A stretch of DNA of 64,000 nt from a virus (lineage: Duplodnaviria; Caudoviricetes): positions 1 through 64,000 of IMG/VR virus record IMGVR_UViG_3300047469_000103; one strand, written 5' to 3'. The notes below the pieces were generated by a model. That model ran no database searches, was not told the origin of the DNA, and saw nothing but the letters and a program-made list of their open reading frames with translations. The translations under genes and the position numbers were made by a program. Of this stretch, positions 37,843-45,333 are shown in pieces. The stretch's first letter is position 1; every line of letters starts with the position of its first letter.

Positions 37843-38121
37843 TCATACACCCGGACGCCAAGCATCCAGATTAATGTGTCGCTCGTATCCGCGATAACCA
37901 TCACGCGCATGCACGTAGACATGGGCCACCAACAACGTCAGCGGGAAATTGTGTTCGCCCGTAATAAACGTGTGGCGCTTCCAGTCAACGAAACGGTCAA
38001 TTTCAAACATGCGATCAAATACAAATTGTTCGCCGCGAAATGTAACCGTCTCGTTTGCCAACATGCGCAGGAAATCATCACGAAAAGAACCGTCAGGATT
38101 TACCACAGTCAGCAGGCGCAT
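37843..38121 (-). CDS. Hypothetical protein
   Basis: Start re-assigned to ATG 38121 overlapping DHFR stop. Confidence 0.6.
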   Translation of the reverse strand: MRLLTVVNPDGSFRDDFLRMLANETVTFRGEQFVFDRMFEIDRFVDWKRHTFITGEHNFPLTLLVAHVYVHARDGYRGYERHINLDAWRPGV

Positions 38122-38684
38122 TAGAAATTCACCGCACAACCGAAATCAATTGCAGGGCCATTCGGCGGCGTCTGTAAACTGGTGTCGATGTAGAACTGAC
38201 GCACGCGATAGGTCATGCTTTCTTCGACAACTTCCGAATGGAAAGAATAACGTTCCAAAAATGCGTGAACATCGTCGGACATAAACGTGTCGCACGGGCC
38301 GGTATAGGTGTTCGTTTTCAGCGTGGTGACGCGGGCGATATCCAGATACGGCAGAACGCTTTCGATCAGTGCTGCGCCACCGATTACCGACATGAATTGG
38401 TAGCCTTTGCTTTCTGCCAAATCAATTGCCATGTCGAAATCACTCACGAAATAAACGTCTTCAAATTTCCAATCTTGAGGACGTGTAGTCATGACGATAT
38501 TCAGACGACCGGGCAACGGTTTACAATCCAGCGATTCAAAAGTGCGTGCGCCCATAACAACCGCAGTGCCGCGTGTGGATCGCTTAAACCCTGCAAGCTC
38601 GCCGGGAACGTGCCACGCCATCTTGCCATTCAGACCAATACCACGGTCAACGTTTTCCGCCCAAATTGCTCCGATTCTTACCAT
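38121..38684 (-). CDS. folA: Dihydrofolate reductase
   Basis: IGLNGKMAWHVPGELAGFK, VVMGARTFES, PLPGRLNIVMT, VIGGA, CDTF. Confidence 0.95.
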   Translation of the reverse strand: MVRIGAIWAENVDRGIGLNGKMAWHVPGELAGFKRSTRGTAVVMGARTFESLDCKPLPGRLNIVMTTRPQDWKFEDVYFVSDFDMAIDLAESKGYQFMSVIGGAALIESVLPYLDIARVTTLKTNTYTGPCDTFMSDDVHAFLERYSFHSEVVEESMTYRVRQFYIDTSLQTPPNGPAIDFGCAVNF

Positions 38685-38974
38685 AGCAGCGACACGTCCA
38701 TATTTGCAGTGAGGTAGGTTTTTGCAATGCGCTCGTGCTGAATGTTTACGTGAACAGTTCCGCGCACATAATGCGGCGGCACGTGCTTCGGTTCGATGAA
38801 ACTGTCACCGAAATGTTTACGCAATTTCTTCATGATTTCAGGATTACCGAACAACGTCACGCGCAACGTCTTGTCTTCGATTGCGGCCTGAATCATTTGT
38901 GCGCCGGGGAGCCGCTGCTTCTGGTGCTTGTGCAGCGCGTTAATGTCGAGACTTGCGGCGTTATCTGATTCCAT
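38678..38974 (-). CDS. Hypothetical protein
   Basis: 98 aa ORF in minus-strand operon. Confidence 0.65.
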   Translation of the reverse strand: MESDNAASLDINALHKHQKQRLPGAQMIQAAIEDKTLRVTLFGNPEIMKKLRKHFGDSFIEPKHVPPHYVRGTVHVNIQHERIAKTYLTANMDVSLLW

Positions 38975-39233
38975 TTGCTTCCCAAAATCCTGATTGTTTT
39001 TTGAAGGTGTCGGGCACGTCGGCTTCGACTTCGAAATGCAGCGGGCCTTTCTCTTTCATCATGGTGATATAAGAATCGAAAGAACCGATTTTCTTGTTAT
39101 CGCCCGGACGGCAAACCTGTACGATTTGTTCTTCGTCGCATTCCGGCAATTTCAGGCCGAGGTCGTGAAACCATGCGATATGGCCGATGGAAAGTGCGGT
39201 GCCGGTTGCGTCATTGACTGCGTAAACTTTCAT
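38961..39233 (-). CDS. Hypothetical protein
   Basis: Start re-assigned to ATG 39233 (TAATG coupling). Confidence 0.65.
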   Translation of the reverse strand: MKVYAVNDATGTALSIGHIAWFHDLGLKLPECDEEQIVQVCRPGDNKKIGSFDSYITMMKEKGPLHFEVEADVPDTFKKQSGFWEANGIR

Positions 39234-39553
39234 TATTCCAATTCCTTCAATGCGTCGAGTGCTACCCGATTCAGGTAAGAACAAAGCATGATGTTGTGAG
39301 TGCGTCCGCGTGACCGGGTATTTTCTGTAATCACCGGTACGCCATTAAACCAGCCGAGAAAATGCAGGATCGTGCGATCATCTGGCGTAAACATTGCGTG
39401 CTTTACAATTTGTGGCAATAGCACGTGGTCAGCCGGAACCAGCATGACTGAATAAGTTCCCCGGCCACACTCTTCGATTACGTGCTGCGAGGGGAATTTA
39501 AACACGTGCATATAAGCCAGCGTGTTGTCGTAGATTTTATCGAGCAGCGTCAT
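39233..39553 (-). CDS. Small protein, capsid-fragment-like family
   Basis: LGWFNGVPVITEN motif like neighbours. Confidence 0.55.
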   Translation of the reverse strand: MTLLDKIYDNTLAYMHVFKFPSQHVIEECGRGTYSVMLVPADHVLLPQIVKHAMFTPDDRTILHFLGWFNGVPVITENTRSRGRTHNIMLCSYLNRVALDALKELE

Positions 39554-39807
39554 TCTTGTGCATCCACGTCGATTACTTTGCCACCCTCATAAGTCATAAG
39601 CAGGCGCGGTTGTTTGGTACGGAAAAGCGTTCCATTAATCGTGAACTCTTTTTGTCGCAACAGGCTTTCTTTCTGCGCCAGCATGAACATGCCTTTCGGC
39701 CAGATATTCAGGTAGAGGATTTCTGCCTCGTAGGATTCGGGCAAATCAACTTCCTTCGGGTTGAAGATATAGTTCGTTAAAAACTTACTTGGTTTGCCCG
39801 TTCCCAT
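39550..39807 (-). CDS. Hypothetical protein
   Basis: 85 aa coupled ORF. Confidence 0.6.
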   Translation of the reverse strand: MGTGKPSKFLTNYIFNPKEVDLPESYEAEILYLNIWPKGMFMLAQKESLLRQKEFTINGTLFRTKQPRLLMTYEGGKVIDVDAQE

Positions 39808-40533
39808 TTATGCGCTCACTTTTTCCAGTTCAAGATAGATCAGGCTGTTTTTGTCGCGCAGACCTTCCACCAAAAACGCATCGGTATAAACCGGCACGCC
39901 TCGGTAAAGTCCGTGGTGGCCGTCCAACTGCGAAGCCGGATCGTGATTAACCACGTATTCGTTTTCACGCGTGGTCACAATCCACAGATAGAACGCCGCC
40001 CAATAACGCGCAGGCATCGACAGGGATTTAACCTGAGTTTCACGCGTGTTGTGTTTGTACCATGCGCCCAAGAAATCCAACTCATTGAATTCTGGAATGT
40101 CGATTTCCGCGCCGATACCTTCGCTGCGATTCACGCGGAAATAAGGACAGCGGCTGTGTTCCAGTTCGCGCATGTACTCGCCATCCATTTGTGCAAAATG
40201 AATAAGCGTATTTTCTGGATAGCTTTTATCCGGGTGTGCGTAAACGTCGGAGAAAACCATTGCACTGCCGACCTTGCCGACCACGCCGCCTTTCATGTTG
40301 CCTTCAGTCATTGGCAACGCTGTGAAAAACCCGATTTTTGAACTCGCATGGGCCAGACCGTTTTCCATCAACCAAATCCAGTATTTACGAGGGACAACCA
40401 CGTATGCACTTACAGCCGCATCAAGCAGGAATTCTTCAATTGCTGTTTTCGGGTGCATCAACGGGTTAGAAACCCGGCCATCACGAGGCACGTCCCAATA
40501 GTTAAAACGTTCCTGCAAAGATTTCTCAGACAT
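39808..40533 (-). CDS. Two-repeat protein, capsid-fragment-like family
   Basis: Internal duplication: GVVGKVGSAMVFSDVY and GHHGLYRGVPVYTDAF; start re-assigned to 40533. Confidence 0.65.
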   Translation of the reverse strand: MSEKSLQERFNYWDVPRDGRVSNPLMHPKTAIEEFLLDAAVSAYVVVPRKYWIWLMENGLAHASSKIGFFTALPMTEGNMKGGVVGKVGSAMVFSDVYAHPDKSYPENTLIHFAQMDGEYMRELEHSRCPYFRVNRSEGIGAEIDIPEFNELDFLGAWYKHNTRETQVKSLSMPARYWAAFYLWIVTTRENEYVVNHDPASQLDGHHGLYRGVPVYTDAFLVEGLRDKNSLIYLELEKVSA

Positions 40534-40981
40534 GTTCAACCTCACGCGAACCTACGAAAATAATCGAATTCTTGAATGCAACATCGTCCGTGCGCAACGC
40601 CCGATACAGGAAAGCGTCCGTGTAGATTTGACAGCCGCAAATGTCGCCCAAATCCCCGTGTAATACTTTCTGGTAATTGGTAATCGGGTTGAGGTGTTCC
40701 ATCAATGCAGGATTGCCGATAATGTCGGCCCATGCACTATCGCGCAGCAGCATATATTTTGTGTTTTTACACAGATGCAAAAACTGCTCTACGTCGTCGT
40801 GAATGATGTTTTCACCGACCGGGATACCAATCAACAAAGCGTCGTCTTTACGCTTCATGAATTCGTTTGCAGCAATTTGCTCTGCGTCGGTGTCGATGGG
40901 AACGGAACGGCGCAGTTCTTCCGCCTGTCGATTCAAACGCATGTTGCGACCGGCGATTGTTTCTTCTGTTGTTTGATCCAT
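40526..40981 (-). CDS. Protein resembling a major capsid protein fragment
   Basis: DSAWADIIGNP...LNPITNYQKVLHGDLGDICGCQIYTDAFL. Confidence 0.65.
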   Translation of the reverse strand: MDQTTEETIAGRNMRLNRQAEELRRSVPIDTDAEQIAANEFMKRKDDALLIGIPVGENIIHDDVEQFLHLCKNTKYMLLRDSAWADIIGNPALMEHLNPITNYQKVLHGDLGDICGCQIYTDAFLYRALRTDDVAFKNSIIFVGSREVEHV

Positions 40982-41512
40982 TTATTCCACCAAAGGGGTA
41001 AGAGGTTCCAGTGTATTCAGAAGCTTCGAAACTGGTTCGCTTATTTCATTCGGCGCAACTGGAATGTCTTCGTCTGCGCCCATTTCCCGCACAAACAATT
41101 CCATCGAAAACCAAACCGTCATGTAATAATCTTTGTCGTCTTTCCATTCGTCACCATCGCGAATGTGACGGTGCGCATCGTCGTGAACTTCTTTCCACTC
41201 GTACAGATAGCGCCCGGTTGCACCACCTGCAAACAATTTGTCGAGCATTGCGCTCATTGTTTTCTGCATGTGGTAGGCTTTCGGAATGTTCGCAGTCAGC
41301 AACTTTTTATCGAAGTTAATGAACGCAGAAAACTCCGGCATTACGTTGTCGTAAAACTGCACAATCCAACCGTCTTGTTCAAGCATTTCCTGCCATGCCC
41401 AAATGTCGTTGGTGAATTCGCCCGCATCGCCTTTAGCCTGCCAACGCTTTTTGAATTCTTCCTGCCACACACGATTTGCAGCTTCGGTAAAATCTACGAT
41501 ATTCGATTTCAT
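40982..41512 (-). CDS. Hypothetical protein
   Basis: 176 aa acidic, Trp-rich ORF. Confidence 0.7.
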   Translation of the reverse strand: MKSNIVDFTEAANRVWQEEFKKRWQAKGDAGEFTNDIWAWQEMLEQDGWIVQFYDNVMPEFSAFINFDKKLLTANIPKAYHMQKTMSAMLDKLFAGGATGRYLYEWKEVHDDAHRHIRDGDEWKDDKDYYMTVWFSMELFVREMGADEDIPVAPNEISEPVSKLLNTLEPLTPLVE

Positions 41513-41518
41513 AACGCC

Positions 41519-41899
41519 TCAGTGTTTGGTCATTGGAACAGTTGTGAAAACTTTCATCACCAGCGGTTGCGGAAAACCCGTGGCTGACTTCGGCGTCATG
41601 ACTTGACCGTCAACAAACGCCCCGCAGATATCCCCCATCGGAGTATTGCCAATGAAAAAACAATCTGTTCGGGCGTCTTCCATCTGGCCATAATCCCACA
41701 AATCAATCTGGAACCGCCGACCGTATCGCGCTGAAATTTCCTCTGCCTTTTCGTAAATGTTTGCCTGTGTGCATTGCAGCAATTCCAAGCGCACCGCATT
41801 CATTGTGTTCACATCACGAAAACGATTACCGATAACCAGCGTCAGGCCCAATGCCAAATCTGCAACGGAAAGCTGTGTAGGAAATTCCATTTTATTCAC
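41519..41899 (-). CDS. Hypothetical protein
   Basis: 126 aa ORF overlapping thyA stop. Confidence 0.65.
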   Translation of the reverse strand: MNKMEFPTQLSVADLALGLTLVIGNRFRDVNTMNAVRLELLQCTQANIYEKAEEISARYGRRFQIDLWDYGQMEDARTDCFFIGNTPMGDICGAFVDGQVMTPKSATGFPQPLVMKVFTTVPMTKH

Positions 41900-43119
41900 T
41901 TCGCGATAGGTACGTTTTTCTGAGCGTCATGGCTTTCGTAACCGACAAGGGAGAAATCCCCAACGGTGAAATCCAGAATCGACGACTGTTCAAGCGATTT
42001 GATTTGCAGCTTCGGTGCTTTGTGGATCACTGGACGGTTCATGATTTCAGCAACGAAACCCTGTTCCAAATGGTTCATGTAAATGTGCGCATCGCCAACT
42101 GTGTGATGCAGGAAACGAGCGCGCAGGCCGTGAGCTTTTGCGTACATTTCGGTAATCAGTGCGTACTGTGCGACGTTGAACGGAACGCCCAACAGGAAAT
42201 CCGCGCTGCGTTGATAGAGTTTGCAATCGAGGAATTGCAGACCGTTTTCGTCACGCTTTTGCGACACGTACCATTGCGCCATTGTGTGGCAAGGTGGCAG
42301 ACTCATTTCGTCAAGCTGCGCAACGTTCCAGCCGGTCAGAATAATGCGGCGAGAATCCGAACGGTTTTTGATGGCTTTTTCAACGTCCATCACTTGGTCA
42401 ATTTCACGCTTAATTACAACGTGTGTTTTTCGCGGGCTGTCCTGTATACGATCATCGTATTCAAAGTAATCAACAACGTCGAAGCCTCGGTCTGCATACG
42501 CTTTCCAGTTCGCTATCCAATCTTTGATATCGACGATGCGAACGTCTTCCCATGCCCGCCATTGTTTGCCATAAATCGGCCCCAGCGCACCGTCAATCAA
42601 TTCCTCTTCTTTAATGCCCCAGTTATTCAGCTTGGCGTTAAAGGCGTCTTCATATTCGGTCGAAGACAAACCTTTGATTGCGCGCAGTTCTTCACGGAAC
42701 GCGTCGAAAGATTCCTTTTGTTTTTCCGTCAGCAAACCGAGGCGTTCCTCCACGCACAGTTCGCGATAGATTTCGGTGCCGGGAATTACGTTCTGATCCC
42801 AAATGCGCACACCTTTTTCTTTCAACGTTTTCAAATCGCATTTGCCTTGCAGCATCCAATCAATCGTTTCGACTTTCATGGTTTGGAATGCGAGACGTTT
42901 CAACGATGTGGCCGGATACGCACGGCGCAAATCAATCTTGTGGCCGATATCACCGAACGCCGACATGGTACGAACGCCAGTACGGTCGGTGCGTTCCTCG
43001 CCTTCACTCAGGATGTAACGAATGTTATCTTTGTACTGAAAATCGAATTCGTTTTCCGCGTATGCAACCTCTTCAACCTCATTCGGTGATTCACCTTCAG
43101 TACGGAAATAATCGTTCAT
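41896..43119 (-). CDS. thyA: Thymidylate synthase with insertions
   Basis: DRTGVRT, LGPIYGKQWR, SRRII, WN, LPPCH, YQRSADFLLGVPFN, GDAHIYMNH. Confidence 0.97.
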   Translation of the reverse strand: MNDYFRTEGESPNEVEEVAYAENEFDFQYKDNIRYILSEGEERTDRTGVRTMSAFGDIGHKIDLRRAYPATSLKRLAFQTMKVETIDWMLQGKCDLKTLKEKGVRIWDQNVIPGTEIYRELCVEERLGLLTEKQKESFDAFREELRAIKGLSSTEYEDAFNAKLNNWGIKEEELIDGALGPIYGKQWRAWEDVRIVDIKDWIANWKAYADRGFDVVDYFEYDDRIQDSPRKTHVVIKREIDQVMDVEKAIKNRSDSRRIILTGWNVAQLDEMSLPPCHTMAQWYVSQKRDENGLQFLDCKLYQRSADFLLGVPFNVAQYALITEMYAKAHGLRARFLHHTVGDAHIYMNHLEQGFVAEIMNRPVIHKAPKLQIKSLEQSSILDFTVGDFSLVGYESHDAQKNVPIAK

Positions 43120-43137
43120 TTAAACCTCTGTGCAGGG

Positions 43138-43153
43138 TAATTTAATGGTATGA
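43138..43153 (+). promoter_or_regulatory. Motif A TAATTTAATGGTATGA upstream of baseplate operon
   Basis: 15/16 match to the 18864 and 33024 copies; 37 nt before PAAR start. Confidence 0.65.
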
Positions 43154-43155
43154 CT

Positions 43156-43174
43156 TACACACCTTATTTACAGT
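43156..43174 (-). promoter_or_regulatory. Motif B ACTGTAAATAA-N3-GTGTA (copy 2) upstream of thyA operon
   Basis: 16/19 identity with 16669 copy; oriented toward thyA. Confidence 0.5.
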
Positions 43175-43189
43175 ATTGGAGAGCGTATC

Positions 43190-43483
43190 ATGGGCCAACC
43201 AAACATCCGGCTTAGCGTAGACCAAACCACCGGCCACGGCTGCTGGCCTCCTACTTTGCCTGTTGTTGCTTCAATGAATGTTTTCTGTAACGGAAAAGCA
43301 GAAGTGCGCGTAGGCGATTCCTACATGACGCACTGTTGCCCATCGAAAGGTTGTCACAGCGGCAAAGCATTAACCGGTGCAGTAAAAACATTTACCAATA
43401 AACGATTGGTTCATACGGCTGGCGGTTCCATTGATTGTGGCGACTTTGCCAGCAACGGTTCGCCAAACGTTTTTTCGGGGTGA
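43190..43483 (+). CDS. PAAR-family spike tip protein
   Basis: TTGHGCWPPT, NVFCNGKAEVRVGD...HCC, DCGD...GSPNVFSG. Confidence 0.92.
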   Translation: MGQPNIRLSVDQTTGHGCWPPTLPVVASMNVFCNGKAEVRVGDSYMTHCCPSKGCHSGKALTGAVKTFTNKRLVHTAGGSIDCGDFASNGSPNVFSG

Positions 43484-43486
43484 TTC

Positions 43487-43876
43487 ATGGCAGAAGTAAA
43501 AACATACACGTATTCCGATATCAGTTTGTACGCGGGCATTACCCAAAACGCTCTGGTATTTGACGAAGACAGCATTAACCAAAACATTCTGCTGATTCTC
43601 ATGACGCCTATTCGGTCGGCGTGGTTTAACCCGACTATTGGTTGCATGGTCATGGAATATCTGTTCGATCCTTTGGATGCTTTTACTGCACAGAAAATCC
43701 GTAGCGAGATTATGAATGTGTTGCCTCGTAACCTCGAAACGCGTGTGCAGATTACCGGCGTCGATGTGATTCCCGATTTCGATAACCAAAACTATTACAT
43801 CAGCATTCAATACAACGTTCCAAGTATGGATGCGAGTAAAATTGTCTTTAACTTCAACTTGGCGCGCGTACAATGA
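43487..43876 (+). CDS. Baseplate wedge protein, gp25-like
   Basis: SINQNILLILMTPIRSAWFNPTIG...YLFDPLD...ETRVQI. Confidence 0.9.
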   Translation: MAEVKTYTYSDISLYAGITQNALVFDEDSINQNILLILMTPIRSAWFNPTIGCMVMEYLFDPLDAFTAQKIRSEIMNVLPRNLETRVQITGVDVIPDFDNQNYYISIQYNVPSMDASKIVFNFNLARVQ

Positions 43877-45333
43877 CAACTGATCGTGACACTTTCCCGA
43901 TTGCAATTACGGATATTGACGAAGCTGCTCAATATTTTGCAGAAAAACTCAGAGAGGAAGGCACGTGGGATGACATGTTGCCGACCAACGTTGGCGCTTT
44001 TATTCAACGTATTTATGCGGGTATGGCTGTCGGCCACCAGCACAGCATTTTGATGACTGCCCGAAATGCTTATTTGAATACCGCAAAACGTGACAGTGCA
44101 ATCTTTGCAATTACGCGTGACCTCGGGGTTTATGTCGAGCGCCGTAGTAGCGCAGGCACCACTGCACTAATGACAAACGCGTATCCAAATACCATGTTTG
44201 TTACACCGTATTCGCAGCACCGTGTCGGCAATGTGAAGTTCTACAACCCGACACAATACTACGTCATTTCCGGCATGACTCAATCGGTCGAATTGCTGCA
44301 AGGTGAAGTGCGTACAAAAGAATTCGATTTGGATGCAATTCTGAATCTGTCACTGTACGAATTCCTTTTGGAAGAACCGGGCTTTAACGTAACGCGTGAC
44401 CTGTTGGTTTATACCACCGACAAAAACACTGGCAACGTAACCAATTGGACAGCCGCTGAAAACGGAATGTTCGAATATGCCGCCGATGATCGCGTGTTCT
44501 TCCACAGCACCACTGCAAGCGGTGACGCATCGCTGACATTTGGTGATGGTGAATACGGCGCGCAATTGCCGAAGAAAAGCACGCTGACAATTCGTTATAT
44601 TTATTCTGAAGGCAGTAAGCACAACGCAATGCTGCCGGGTGTGAAAACTGTCTACAACGATTTCCCGATGGTTGCCGGTGAAACTACCGAAACAACTACG
44701 GGCGGCGCTGATCCAAAAGACGCGACCTACTATCGCCGTTATGCGCCGATTGCTTATCGGTCGAAAAAGAAGAAGATTTCCAAGGAAGATATTGAAGGCG
44801 CAATTCGTGGTTATCCGGGCGTAGCTGATTGCGTGGTTCTCGGTCAACGGGATATCGCACCAGAAGATAAAACGTGGATGAACACAATGCGCGTTTGTAT
44901 TTTGCCGCTGAATACCGATACATGGGGCGGTGCAAATCCAAACCCTAAATCGGCAAGCTGGCAGAACTTCCTGACGTGGTTGGAACCGCAATTACATGAC
45001 CGTCTGGAAACTCAGACATGGAACGCCACAAAAGTATTTGTGTCTGTTCACGTAAACATCGCGATTTTCGAGTGGGCAGCAGACCGCGCAACGATTATTC
45101 GGAATACGATCAACGAAAACATTCTGAAGCTTTTCCAGAAACGTGCAGGCATTCTTAAACGCCGCGTTTCCAAGTCGGACATTGAAAAAGCTTGCCGGAT
45201 TGATGGCGTCGATTATATCGAAGTTATTTCTCCATCAGAACGTTCTGTCGTGCTGGACGATCCTACTTCCTATTGCGTTCTGGCTGAAGCGCCGCTGATT
45301 GATATGGTTATTTCGGAGCGTGTCGATGAATAA
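43873..45333 (+). CDS. Baseplate wedge protein, gp6/J-like
   Basis: AYLNTAKRDSAIF, LTFGDGEYG, TTGGADP, YRRYAP, follows gp25. Confidence 0.88.
   Translation: MTTDRDTFPIAITDIDEAAQYFAEKLREEGTWDDMLPTNVGAFIQRIYAGMAVGHQHSILMTARNAYLNTAKRDSAIFAITRDLGVYVERRSSAGTTALMTNAYPNTMFVTPYSQHRVGNVKFYNPTQYYVISGMTQSVELLQGEVRTKEFDLDAILNLSLYEFLLEEPGFNVTRDLLVYTTDKNTGNVTNWTAAENGMFEYAADDRVFFHSTTASGDASLTFGDGEYGAQLPKKSTLTIRYIYSEGSKHNAMLPGVKTVYNDFPMVAGETTETTTGGADPKDATYYRRYAPIAYRSKKKKISKEDIEGAIRGYPGVADCVVLGQRDIAPEDKTWMNTMRVCILPLNTDTWGGANPNPKSASWQNFLTWLEPQLHDRLETQTWNATKVFVSVHVNIAIFEWAADRATIIRNTINENILKLFQKRAGILKRRVSKSDIEKACRIDGVDYIEVISPSERSVVLDDPTSYCVLAEAPLIDMVISERVDE

Noticed and set aside
41519-41899. Fifth member of the capsid-fragment family (GDICGAFVDG)
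   Set aside because: Only a 5-residue match, lacking the upstream W..I/DP and downstream TDAF elements
41896-43119. dCMP/dUMP hydroxymethylase (modified-base) interpretation
   Set aside because: The GVPFN asparagine specifying dUMP is retained and DHFR is nearby, as expected for ordinary ThyA
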